Shown here: piece by piece, positions 39,790 to 49,197 of the stretch | Layout: every line of letters begins with the position of its first letter | How positions within the stretch are numbered: position 1 is the stretch's first letter | Assembly (NCBI GenBank): GCA_050010755.1 | Contig: JBEKKK010000006.1 | Coordinates: 1 to 61,822 of the forward strand | DNA: 61,822 nucleotides | DNA from: Candidatus Bathyarchaeia archaeon | GTDB lineage: Archaea > Thermoproteota > Bathyarchaeia > Bathyarchaeales > Bathycorpusculaceae | Reading direction: 5' to 3' | Notes under the pieces: model-generated | The model's database searches: none | Seen by the model: the letters and a program-made list of their open reading frames with translations, nothing else | Told to the model about the DNA's origin: nothing | Program-made: the position numbers and the translations under genes

Positions 39790-39863
39790 GGCCGGGGTGA
39801 GGTAGCTTGGTAGCCCATAGGCCTGTGGAGCCTAGCGCCTGGGTTCAAATCCCAGCCCCGGCC
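39790..39863 (+). tRNA. tRNA-His(GUG), intronless, encoded G-1
   Basis: Acceptor GCCGGGG/CCCCGGC, anticodon arm TAGGC-CTGTGGA-GCCTA, T arm CTGGG-TTCAAAT-CCCAG, C73 discriminator; full CCA not encoded. Confidence 0.95.
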
Positions 39864-39940
39864 CTCACCATTTTCTTGAGTGACCTTTGATCCTAAATGG
39901 TGTGCAATGTTAATCCGATTTGAGAATGGGTGAGAATCCA

Positions 39941-40924
39941 TCAAAGGGGTGGTTTGGTATGCTTCTTTGTTTCTTCGTTCAAGTGCATCCATGATTCGAA
40001 TTCTTTTTGCGGGGGGTTTTCTTTGAACAGTTTCTTCCTTGCGGCTTCTAAGAAGGTGTTCTGTGCGCCCGTGAATTCTGCGGCTGTTTGAAGCGTGTGT
40101 TCGGATTTGTGGGCGCTGTAGAAGACGTCGGTTGCTTTTTCGCGCCAGTTCTCGTCTCTTAGGAGGTGGTGCTCGAGGATCACGTGTGGAACTGTTTCTG
40201 CGATTCTTTTCAGACTGTTTAATCCTTTTTGTGCTTGTTCTTCGCTGATTTTGAAGCTTGTGAGGTAGAGAGGTGGGCCGCCTATCATGAGGAGCTGCGG
40301 CTTTTTGTGCAGGACTATTTCAAGAGTGTGCGTTGACATGGGTCCCTGTATGTCGGGCGCGAAGAGGAACCTTTCACCCTGAGATTCTATGGTTGTCATG
40401 AGAACCCACCCAAGTTCCGAGTTTTCAGGTCCATGAGGTACGGGCTCCGAAAACTTGAGGTTCGTGCCTCCGATTGTGATGCTTTTCCCGTCAGCGACTT
40501 CAAAGGAGGAGACGTATCTTCCGCTTGTTTTCTGGAAAAGCCAGCCTCTTTCCCGTTGACTGTAGTTAATGTGCTCCTTGGGATTTTTCGCCAGAACCTT
40601 CTTGCCTTCGTATATCTGCCTTGCAGTGTTATTAGCCTGCGTCCAGTTGCAAAGCCAGTCCTCAAACGAGGGCGTAACATGATCATGATGATAATGACTT
40701 ATAGTGACGTACTCAGCTTTTGCCGCAGCTTCAGCTATCTTCCTGCGGGCTTCGATAATGGCCCTGAACTCCTCGGGATGCGGTGGCAACCCACTGCGGA
40801 TCGGGCACAGGGACACGCCTGCGTCCAGCAGAATCTTTACGTCTTCGGTTTCAACGTATGTACACATGGATCTGACGCCGAAACTCTCCGCAGCCAGGGG
40901 AACGACTTGAATGTGTCTTAGCAT
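39941..40924 (-). CDS. Metallo-beta-lactamase fold protein (UPF0282-like)
   Basis: AAESFGVRSM, SHYHHDH, PVPHG, DIQGP, GGPP, EHHLLRD. Confidence 0.88.
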   Translation of the reverse strand: MLRHIQVVPLAAESFGVRSMCTYVETEDVKILLDAGVSLCPIRSGLPPHPEEFRAIIEARRKIAEAAAKAEYVTISHYHHDHVTPSFEDWLCNWTQANNTARQIYEGKKVLAKNPKEHINYSQRERGWLFQKTSGRYVSSFEVADGKSITIGGTNLKFSEPVPHGPENSELGWVLMTTIESQGERFLFAPDIQGPMSTHTLEIVLHKKPQLLMIGGPPLYLTSFKISEEQAQKGLNSLKRIAETVPHVILEHHLLRDENWREKATDVFYSAHKSEHTLQTAAEFTGAQNTFLEAARKKLFKENPPQKEFESWMHLNEETKKHTKPPL

Positions 40925-41173
40925 GACGGACTCAATCCTCGGACCGAGGTCTATAAACCTTTTATGCAAGCCAAAAGTAAGGTTTCATTGGCTGGCGATG
41001 AAGACTCTGGCCCCCATGAATCCAAGATGATTGTGATCTTGAGTGCGGAGCCCGCTACTGATATTTGTCGTTAACCAATCTGAAATGCCAAGAGCATGCG
41101 AAAACGAAAGAATCTGCTCCAGACTCAACTTTGATACCGAATTCCTCCAGAACGGCCGAAAAGAGGGTTTTCT

Positions 41174-41193
41174 GTTGATGCTTTTGTATACAG
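41174..41193 (+). repeat. Dispersed intergenic 20-bp motif, copy 3
   Basis: GTTGATGCTTTTGTATACAG exact; here part of a near-palindrome TGCTTTTGTATACAGAAGCA. Confidence 0.92.
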
Positions 41194-41272
41194 AAGCAGG
41201 TAGCGTACGTGAATCGTTGCCTGTAGCTTGGTGAATCTTCTCTTTGGTGGAGTGAATTGGTTTGCAGAGTGG

Positions 41273-41854
41273 CTACTTTTCTTTTGGCGGTTTTTCCCAG
41301 AGTTCGAGTTTTCTCTTTTTGATGTCTCTCCGTTTTCTGTGTAGGAATCTGTATACTGTGCCGTGCATGCTGCCTTTGATAAGCATCTCTATTGCTTCTC
41401 TGGCAATCTGGATTTGCTCCATGGTTCCGATTATGCCCACTGTGTGGCCGAAGACGGACACGTTCGTGTCCGTGAGTTCTTCGATTATTCGTCGGGTTTT
41501 GCCGTTCGTTCCGATTATTCTTCCCTGGATTCTCTTGATGTCTGCGTCAGACTTGCCGAAGACGCTTCTTAGGTCTATAAGGTCTAGCATGGCTTCTTCG
41601 TCGCGCACCAGCCGGAAAGCATGCTCGGGCGAGAATCCTCTTCCTATCGCGGTCACAAGGTCTTTTGCCTTGAAGAGCATTGATGGATCTTCGGCCTTCT
41701 CTGCCATGGTGATTGATACGTCGCCGGCTTCGCTGTCAATTTGAAGCTCTACACCAAGTTTGTCCTCGATGTGTTTCTTCGTTTTTCCATCGGGCCCTAT
41801 TAGGACGCCCACACGTTCTCTTGGAATCTTCAGAAGCGTATTAGCTCTCGCCAC
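41273..41854 (-). CDS. KH-domain pre-rRNA processing protein (Dim2/Pno1-like)
   Basis: LIGPDGKTK, AIGRGFSPE, GRIIGTNGKTR, GSMHGTVY. Confidence 0.92.
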   Translation of the reverse strand: MARANTLLKIPRERVGVLIGPDGKTKKHIEDKLGVELQIDSEAGDVSITMAEKAEDPSMLFKAKDLVTAIGRGFSPEHAFRLVRDEEAMLDLIDLRSVFGKSDADIKRIQGRIIGTNGKTRRIIEELTDTNVSVFGHTVGIIGTMEQIQIAREAIEMLIKGSMHGTVYRFLHRKRRDIKKRKLELWEKPPKEK

Positions 41855-42650
41855 GACTGGTGACCCTCCGGTAGCTCTCCTCAATCGATAGGACCTTGAT
41901 TGCGAGTCGAGCGAAATATCGGTTCAGGTTGGCCAAGTCTCTCCGCAAAAGAAGATCCGCCATAGGGTGAACAAGCGGAACCGCTTGTGACACGTCAAAT
42001 ATGACAGGTCTTCCTCTCAACACCATGATGTTGTACTCGCTCAAGTCCCCGTGGACTAGCTCGGCCTTCTTGTAAAGTCTCTCCAGATATATCAGAAGAG
42101 TTTCGTAGAGTTTCTCAGGGTTTTTCGGAGTTTTTTCCTTCAGCGACGGTGCGCTCTTTCCATTCAGGCCGATGAACTCCATGACAAGTACGTTATTTTT
42201 CACTGCAATAGGCTTTGGCACCTTCACTCCAGCACGCGATGCGAGCTCCAGGTTTTTGAACTCTTTTTGGGCCCACGCGAAAATGAGCGAACGTGTGTCA
42301 TGCTTAACACCTTTGAATCGAGGGTCTCCCTCAATGTATTTCGTGAGGCCCTTGCGAAATTCCGCCGAAACAACAAGGTAGATCTTAATGGCTAACTCTT
42401 TTCCTTCCTTGGTTTTTCCCCAGTAGACTCGGCTCTCCTTCCCAGCCCTCACGACACCGTGAATCTCGTTGATGATGCCCTTGTTCATGAACTCGTATAC
42501 TACCATCAGCGTTGAGCGATCAAAAACTTCTTCAAGAACCGCTCGATCATTTGAAAAGTCTTTGGTCAGCATCTTTTGATTACGCTCGTAACTCTGCTCT
42601 TGCCTTGTTAGCTTGTCTTCAGCTTTCTGCGCTCGCTGCCTGCTCATCAA
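41841..42650 (-). CDS. rio1: RIO1 family Ser/Thr kinase
   Basis: GKESRVY, AIKIY, WAQKEFKNL, LVHGDLSEYNI, FDVSQAV. Confidence 0.93.
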   Translation of the reverse strand: MMSRQRAQKAEDKLTRQEQSYERNQKMLTKDFSNDRAVLEEVFDRSTLMVVYEFMNKGIINEIHGVVRAGKESRVYWGKTKEGKELAIKIYLVVSAEFRKGLTKYIEGDPRFKGVKHDTRSLIFAWAQKEFKNLELASRAGVKVPKPIAVKNNVLVMEFIGLNGKSAPSLKEKTPKNPEKLYETLLIYLERLYKKAELVHGDLSEYNIMVLRGRPVIFDVSQAVPLVHPMADLLLRRDLANLNRYFARLAIKVLSIEESYRRVTSRGES

Positions 42651-42790
42651 GTTCCCCTTTTTTCTCTCTTTGTTATTACCGCTCTTGGTTTATATCAATA
42701 TTGATGGGAAAACCCTTTGAGATCACTAAACAGGGGCCGGCGTGAGGCACTTGCGTTCGGAAGTGGGATGTCTCCCGCGCGATCCCCTAC

Positions 42791-42836
42791 TTTTAGTGTG
42801 TTCGGTTGATGCTTTTGTATACAGACTTTACGTTTG
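42791..42836 (+). repeat. Dispersed motif copy 4 (core 42805-42824) with extended homology to copy 5
   Basis: TTTTAGTGTGTTCG-GTTGATGCTTTTGTATACAG-ACTTTACGTTTG. Confidence 0.92.
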
Positions 42837-42911
42837 TCAGCGTTTCACGTGCTTGTGAGCTTCTCAGAAAAAGACCTTGATAAGGCAACGGAAGAGGTGA
42901 ATACTTCATAA

Positions 42912-43217
42912 CTATATGGTAATGTAACCCTTCCTGCGAAGCGTTTCTGCCTGTGCCTTTGTGTAACGCCAAAACACATCCCCACGCTTGTCAGACTGAA
43001 AATCCCAAGGCGACACCAACACCACGTCTCCTTCGCGTATCCAAACCCGCCTCTTCATCTTTCCACGAATGCGACACAAACGTTCGTTACCATCCTGACA
43101 CTTGACCAGAATACGGTCATAACCAAGCAGCTTTATAGCAACTCCCAAAATATCGTTTGCCGAGGGAACAACCAGTTGGTTCAGTTCTCCTTCACTCAGC
43201 ACCTTCTTCTTACCCAA
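42912..43217 (-). CDS. eif1a: Translation initiation factor aIF-1A
   Basis: RLCRIRGKMKRRVWIREGDVVLVSPWDFQ; TTG start at 43217. Confidence 0.95.
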   Translation of the reverse strand: MGKKKVLSEGELNQLVVPSANDILGVAIKLLGYDRILVKCQDGNERLCRIRGKMKRRVWIREGDVVLVSPWDFQSDKRGDVFWRYTKAQAETLRRKGYITI

Positions 43218-43381
43218 CCAAGCACCTTCGAAACATTTGCTAAAAGAAGTATGATTCTTCCTTTTAAAACTATGTTCGTCAGAACAAGGCATAATTGCGA
43301 AGACTCTAATCGCTTTGAGACGTTTCTTCGTAGTCAGACGCGGATCGAGTTGAACCCGCAAAAGTTATGTTAAACAGGAGT

Positions 43382-46300
43382 CTAGGGGTAGTGCTGCCCG
43401 AAGTGTCTAGCGACAAGGGCTATGTCTTTCATGTTGACGACGCCGTCCCCGTTGATGTCGGCGTTCGGGTTCCAGTTGCTGCTGCATGGACCGGAGCCGA
43501 AGCCTCTTGCCACAATTGCTATGTCGGACATCGTGACCTTTCCGTCGGGCCAGCCTTGTGGGCCCGTTATGTCGCCCACGAGAGAAACGGCTACCAAGCC
43601 ACCTGTAGAATTGTTATCAGCCGTGCTAGTTTCGTTTGGAACAGGCCAAGCGTAGGCGCTTATGGTGTAGTTGCCATATGCGAAGCCTGTCGTGTTCCAA
43701 GTGAAGGTGAAGTTCGTGGAGGTTCCGCTTGAAAGAGTGACATTTTGGGAAGTGATGGAATTTGTGCCAGCGTAGGAAGTGACCGTGAAGGTTTCAGCGT
43801 ACGTGCCCAGATCTGCCACTGTGAAGGTAATGTTTACACCGTAGCCCTGCCCGACAACAGTCTTGTAGACTGTGACGTCGGTGATGGCTATAAAGTGAAT
43901 GGGCAAAATTGGGTTGAATAATGGGTAATGGTCCATGTTGTTCAGGTCAATAACGTAGGGCGTGTCGCCTATCCCGTCGCTTCCCGTCACGTTCTGGTAT
44001 GGCCCCCTGTAGAGGTCTGTGCCATTGTAGTCGCTCCAATAGTTTCCGCCCGATGGGTAGCCCGCATCCCAAACATTTATCGATGGAGAAATGAGTCCAG
44101 GGTCTGCACAGTCCCAGGCGGCGTCGTACACGTTTAATGTGTTTCCGGCCAATAGGTTGTGATAGATCAGGTTGTTTGAAGACATGTAAAAGTATATGCC
44201 CTCTCCAATGTCACCGTCGTTTCCAGTTATTCTGCATCCCATTATAATGTTGCTGTCGGAGGATGAGAGCAGGCTTATGCCGTCGTAATTGTCTGTGATA
44301 TTGGAAACTATGATGCTGTTGTTTGAAGAATCTAGGAGGAATATGCCATGAGTGTTGTTTTCCATGCTGTCTCCGATGATCGTGTTGCCCGAGCACTGTT
44401 GCAGAAAGATGCCATAGAGATGTGCTTCGACCGATACGTTCTTGATCGTTACGTTATCTATTCCATCCAGGTATATTCCTGCAGCGCCTCCTCCGCTGCC
44501 TTGAATGGCGTGGCCTACTCCGTCTAAGGTAATGCCGTCTCTTTCGATCACGAGTCCTTGGCTGTCGCTGTAGATGCTGGCCATTAACTCGTAGTAATTT
44601 CCTACATGTTGGATTGGAGCGGTGGACGGGTTAATGCTTCCGTCCGGCATTATGTAAACAGGGACTGCGTTGGCGCTGACGACGACAACTTGAGTGTCTT
44701 GGCCTGCGAAGCCCCCTGAATTGAACGCGGTGACTCTGAGTGTGTAAGTGCCAACCGCAACTTTGCTCGTGTTCCAAGTTGCTAGGGTTCCGTTGATCAC
44801 CTGGCTAGCTCCGTTATTTGGAAGAGTGATCCCAGCAGTTGACCAAGAGGTTGGAGCGGTTCCAGCACCGAAGTCTACAGTATAATTTGTGAAATTTGCG
44901 CCAGACGCTGTGCCTTGAATGTTGACCAGTCCTCCAATGCGTGAGGGGGTTAACAAGTCTGTGTTTGTCTTGAAATGGGCCGTCGGTGTTCCCGGAGCAG
45001 TGACCAATTCTGTTTCTGGGTCTCCGAGAAGGTTGAGGTCGAAGCATGTCCACCTGTCAAGTATAGGTCCCTCCTCTTTTGAAAGTTGTAACGCGGCTCC
45101 TAGGTTCCTCGTGCCGCTGTTCACCACAGAGAAGAAATCTCTCATGTATCGGTCTCCTGGCCCGTTTATGGAGCCGGAGATGTACCAGCCATATCTTGAG
45201 TTGCCTACGTAGGCAAACGCACCGTGCGGATCAAACACGAAGTGTTCTGCTATAGAATGTTGAGGCCCGCTTGTGGCTTCGTCGAACGCGGCTGAATAGC
45301 ATCCCAAGCTGTAGACGAAGAGATACTGCGTGTTGGTAAGGCTGTCAACATCCGAAATTGACAGTCCCATGACGTTGTTGTAGTATGCGTGTCCATCATC
45401 CGTTACTATATCCACACCGCTGTCCATTTCGTTAATTAGGGCTGTTGGGCTGTACGTTCCATCTCTTGTGTACAGCCTCGTCGTCGTGTACTGAGGTATT
45501 ATGTTCGTGACAGCGTCTTCTCCGTTTCCGCCCTCGGTGATGTTGTCAAGTTTTGTTCCGACGGCCAGGGCTTTCTTTAGATAATCTGTTTGAGTTGACT
45601 GTTCGTAAGCTATTGTCTTGCTCACGAAATTGGCGGCTTCTTGTGTAGTGTCAACGGGCGCTCTGCCAACGTACACGTCTGCGTAGAAGTCGGCTTCTTC
45701 CCCTGCCGTCGCGTTCATAGGCCCTGCGAAGTGGTAGACGGCCTCGCCGAATACGCTGTCGTTGTTTTCGTCCCAGCTTCCGCTTAAACCTCCGTAGTAC
45801 ATGTCACAGGGGATGTTGGAATCCGTGTAATTGCCCGCATGGTCCGCAGCATAATCGTAAACGCCTCTTGCAGGGATTATGTCGTCGCCGCCGCCTAGTA
45901 AGACATATTCTGTTCCCCAGTTCGTGTAGGCGTATTTTATGAAGTTCCTAACGTGAGCTTGGGTGTCGTTGAATTTCGGGGTGCCATTTCCATCGCCAAA
46001 CTGGCCGTCAGAGTTGTAAGCCGGGTTGCTCATGATGTTTTCGAGCGAAACGATTGTTGCGCTTACTCCCTCCTGGTTTTTCCAGTTTACTAAGGGTTGA
46101 AATGCAGCTGCTAAGGCGTTGTCTGTTATTAGCACGTATTCGTACTGGTTCGATGAGGCAGCGTTGCTTTGAAACTGCTTTGAAGTCGTGGTGTAAGTGT
46201 CAGCTGCTTCAGGGTTATCCACCAAACTCACGACGAGTGCTTTGTCTTGGGGAAGATTCCTGAACAATGGGGATATTTCGCCTGTTACCTTCAGAGCCAC

Positions 46301-46864
46301 ATTCACCGTCAGAGATTCGAAATAGTATATTTCCCCTTCCATCGGAATGTAATGAACTGGGTAGATGTCAAAAATGAGCATCTTGTATCCTCGCACATAC
46401 TGTTCCGTCAAATCCGAAAACAACGAGCTTGGATAAGGTTCTGCAGAACCATATACGGCTTCGTCAGGCTTATCAATCACGGTTACATTCGAAGAAATAG
46501 GCATCGCCGTTTCCCCATACATCACGTTGTAGCTACCCTGGAGCACTTGTCTGAGACCCGGCACCACGTTAACATTTTCATAATCTTTTCCTTGCGGCAG
46601 CAAAACCCTAACCAACCTGAGCGGCAGAACAGGCTCTCCGGCAGCACCGTACTGAGGCAGCGATGACAGCGTGACAGAAGCGCCTGAAACGTTTTCAGTG
46701 ATCTCGGGTGCACAGAAGTTAAAGCTCAGAACGATGGAATTGGACGACCCAATTTGCGATCCAGCATCTGAAACTGTGAAAAAATGGATGCCAGATGTGC
46801 AAGCGAGCATGCTAATCAAGAGAATTATCAGTGCCATGCTCAGGAATGTTTTGCCTGACACCAA
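43382..46864 (-). CDS. Secreted C25 (gingipain-family) cysteine peptidase with beta-helix (NosD-like), Ig/CARDB and dockerin domains
   Basis: Signal peptide, propeptide GEPVLP, YVLLGG, CDMYY, VGRAP, catalytic DGH and LGCYS, LLGDP; C-terminal duplicated DINGDG dockerin. Confidence 0.88.
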   Translation of the reverse strand: MVSGKTFLSMALIILLISMLACTSGIHFFTVSDAGSQIGSSNSIVLSFNFCAPEITENVSGASVTLSSLPQYGAAGEPVLPLRLVRVLLPQGKDYENVNVVPGLRQVLQGSYNVMYGETAMPISSNVTVIDKPDEAVYGSAEPYPSSLFSDLTEQYVRGYKMLIFDIYPVHYIPMEGEIYYFESLTVNVALKVTGEISPLFRNLPQDKALVVSLVDNPEAADTYTTTSKQFQSNAASSNQYEYVLITDNALAAAFQPLVNWKNQEGVSATIVSLENIMSNPAYNSDGQFGDGNGTPKFNDTQAHVRNFIKYAYTNWGTEYVLLGGGDDIIPARGVYDYAADHAGNYTDSNIPCDMYYGGLSGSWDENNDSVFGEAVYHFAGPMNATAGEEADFYADVYVGRAPVDTTQEAANFVSKTIAYEQSTQTDYLKKALAVGTKLDNITEGGNGEDAVTNIIPQYTTTRLYTRDGTYSPTALINEMDSGVDIVTDDGHAYYNNVMGLSISDVDSLTNTQYLFVYSLGCYSAAFDEATSGPQHSIAEHFVFDPHGAFAYVGNSRYGWYISGSINGPGDRYMRDFFSVVNSGTRNLGAALQLSKEEGPILDRWTCFDLNLLGDPETELVTAPGTPTAHFKTNTDLLTPSRIGGLVNIQGTASGANFTNYTVDFGAGTAPTSWSTAGITLPNNGASQVINGTLATWNTSKVAVGTYTLRVTAFNSGGFAGQDTQVVVVSANAVPVYIMPDGSINPSTAPIQHVGNYYELMASIYSDSQGLVIERDGITLDGVGHAIQGSGGGAAGIYLDGIDNVTIKNVSVEAHLYGIFLQQCSGNTIIGDSMENNTHGIFLLDSSNNSIIVSNITDNYDGISLLSSSDSNIIMGCRITGNDGDIGEGIYFYMSSNNLIYHNLLAGNTLNVYDAAWDCADPGLISPSINVWDAGYPSGGNYWSDYNGTDLYRGPYQNVTGSDGIGDTPYVIDLNNMDHYPLFNPILPIHFIAITDVTVYKTVVGQGYGVNITFTVADLGTYAETFTVTSYAGTNSITSQNVTLSSGTSTNFTFTWNTTGFAYGNYTISAYAWPVPNETSTADNNSTGGLVAVSLVGDITGPQGWPDGKVTMSDIAIVARGFGSGPCSSNWNPNADINGDGVVNMKDIALVARHFGQHYP

Positions 46865-47109
46865 CGCTCCTCCATCTGAATCATAATGTTTTTACGCTTA
46901 AAAACAATTTGTGGACAGGTTACTTTGTATTGAATGAACTTGTCGAAGCAGATTTGCCCGTAAACGATTAAGGTTTCTTAATTTCTCAAGGGACAGATTG
47001 GAACTTCCTTCTGTTGTTTTCTGGGCAAACATCTTTGAAATGGGTCACGGTTTGGCTAGATATGGGAAAGTAGAATGAGGAAATTGTTCAGTACAGATTA
47101 GCTCGCGAG

Positions 47110-47155
47110 TTTTAGTGTACTTCGTTGATGCTTTTGTATACAGACTTTGCATTTG
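47110..47155 (+). repeat. Dispersed motif copy 5 (core 47124-47143)
   Basis: TTTTAGTGTACTTC-GTTGATGCTTTTGTATACAG-ACTTTGCATTTG. Confidence 0.92.
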
Positions 47156-47241
47156 CAAACGCTTTGGATGTTAGCACACGCGGTGAGACTTTAACATATG
47201 TCGTCCCTCAATGACTGTTCACCACAAGGAAAAAAGCACGG

Positions 47242-47556
47242 TTAGAGTTTCACGATTTGAGCGTGGGGTATGCCTTCGATGTCAAGCACTGCTTCTGGAT
47301 GAACGTAGCCTTTTTGTATCGCCTTCTTGACGACGTTTCTGCCTATCAGGTTTACGATGTTGGAGTTTTCTATCATCGACATCGCTTCTTCGATGTTTAC
47401 TCTTGCTCCCTTGTAGAACTCTTCTTTAACGCAGAAAACTATCTTTCCTTCTCGGAGAGTTCTGCCCAGAATTTCAGCATCGCATATGGCCAACAGCACG
47501 TTTTGGCCCATTTTCTTGATGTTCATGTACACTTCCAAAATTGAAACCGCGGTCAA
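47242..47556 (-). CDS. DUF424 family protein
   Basis: LLAICDAEILG, EEFYKG, NLIG, GIPHAQI. Confidence 0.9.
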   Translation of the reverse strand: MTAVSILEVYMNIKKMGQNVLLAICDAEILGRTLREGKIVFCVKEEFYKGARVNIEEAMSMIENSNIVNLIGRNVVKKAIQKGYVHPEAVLDIEGIPHAQIVKL

Positions 47557-47963
47557 AGTTGCTTAATCGACGATTTTGCGCCGCATGCTTGGCAGACCAA
47601 GAACGAGAGACGTTTCTCCTTTACTATCTTTGTGTCAGGACGTTTGCAAACGGGGCAGACTACATAGCTCTCCAAGTATCTTTGTATTAGTCTTTGAAAG
47701 GTGTCTTCTGAAAACTTTCCCTGAAAAATGACCCTCGACTCCTGTACGGTTGCGGCCGTAGCCATCTCGCCTGTTAGGAATTTCAGCAGGTGCTGTGGGT
47801 CACGATCTAAAGCGTCAGCAACTTCCTTGAAATTGTAAATCACTGAGCGCATTCCAATTCTTGCATAATGCAGCCGGGGAATCTCTAAACGCTCACTCTT
47901 TACACCTATTTCTGGAAGCTGTGACCGGGCTCTTTTCAGTAGCTCTTCATAGTCGTATCCCAA
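47553..47963 (-). CDS. eif2b: Translation initiation factor aIF-2 beta
   Basis: YEELLKRA, RDPQHLLKF, YVVCPVCKRPDT...CQACGA. Confidence 0.95.
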   Translation of the reverse strand: MGYDYEELLKRARSQLPEIGVKSERLEIPRLHYARIGMRSVIYNFKEVADALDRDPQHLLKFLTGEMATAATVQESRVIFQGKFSEDTFQRLIQRYLESYVVCPVCKRPDTKIVKEKRLSFLVCQACGAKSSIKQL

Positions 47964-48179
47964 GACGTATTCCTCAAAAGAATCATGATGCGGCATCCTA
48001 TTTAAGACTTATAAATTGACATTCTCAACCGCAATATCAACTGCTGTATTCTAGGATCCATTTCCTTCAGGAAAGAAACAGCAGACTACCTGAAGATTCG
48101 TAACATTACGCTTTTCGACTTGTTCTGCCACAGAAACGTGGTTTATATCAAATTTCGTGATATACACGATATTGTTCAG

Positions 48180-48908
48180 ATGCAAGAAAGGGATGCGAAA
48201 GTATTGATGCAGTTGGAACAACCAGCCGAGCATTCTCCGTCAACTCAGGTGATAATCGCAGCGTTAAATGAAGAACAAGGCATAGGCCCCACCATAAACG
48301 AACTTCTGGAGCACGTTCAGACTCAGCGCATTCTCGTGGTTGATGGCAACAGTTACGATAGAACCGTCGAAATTGCCAAAAACTGTGGGGCTGACATTAT
48401 TTTTCAGGAAGGCTTCGGCAAAGGCGATGCCATATCAAGAGCGATAGATTGGCTAGATTCGAGCGTGGATTATGTCGTGCTCATTGACGCAGATTACACG
48501 TACCCAGCCGAAAGTGTCCCTAGAATGATAGAGATATTAGAGCGGAACCCAGACGTCGGCATGGTCTGCGGCAACAGATTTAATAGACAAAAAGACGCAA
48601 AGGCCCAGCGCAGCTCGTTCTTTTTTGGCAACAAGTTTCTAGCATTCGCACACAACTTGCTTAATGGCATCGAGTTGAACGACCCATTGACCGGGCTGCG
48701 CGTTGTGCGCGCGGAAATACTCAAAAACTGGACTATCAAATCAGAGGGCTTTGACATCGAAGTTGAACTGAATCACCAAGTGGAAAGAAAGGGCTACAAA
48801 ACAATTGAAGTGCCGATCAAATATCGACAAAGACTGGGCGAGAAAAAACTAAAAATGAAACACGGTGTAACTATTCTAAAAAGAATACTGCTGGAAGCTA
48901 TTTACTAG
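48180..48908 (+). CDS. GT2 glycosyltransferase (DPM1-like)
   Basis: AALNEE, VVDGNSYDRT, GKG, IDADYTY, DPLTG, GFDIEVE; start uncertain. Confidence 0.9.
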   Translation: MQERDAKVLMQLEQPAEHSPSTQVIIAALNEEQGIGPTINELLEHVQTQRILVVDGNSYDRTVEIAKNCGADIIFQEGFGKGDAISRAIDWLDSSVDYVVLIDADYTYPAESVPRMIEILERNPDVGMVCGNRFNRQKDAKAQRSSFFFGNKFLAFAHNLLNGIELNDPLTGLRVVRAEILKNWTIKSEGFDIEVELNHQVERKGYKTIEVPIKYRQRLGEKKLKMKHGVTILKRILLEAIY

Positions 48909-49197
48909 ATCCAAAGACACGAGACTCTGGAGCATTAAACAATTTTCATGACACGACGTCGAGACTCTGCCCAGGGACAATTATAGCGATTTTTGAATTA
49001 TAGCACATATGGAGAAAGGAGAACCACGTGTTCCATTTATGCCCGCCGGGGCGTCAAACATCCAAATAAAAGATCGGTGTTGGAATTCGACGTTAACCCA
49101 CGATTAGGACTCATAGAACTTCTCTCTGTGGTGAGAATCTGGATTGTTCGAAAAAAAGCTTAAAGAAGCTACTGTGATTTAGTGTACATTCTCAACG

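Noticed and set aside
35990-39790. Complete provirus with attL/attR
   Set aside because: No structural genes, no intact integrase, and no duplicated tRNA-His segment found by eye.
40990-41065. Possible C/D box sRNA (GCGATGA...ATGA...AGATGA...CTGA)
   Set aside because: Boxes are imperfect, guide spacing irregular and no target identified; needs an Infernal/snoscan test.
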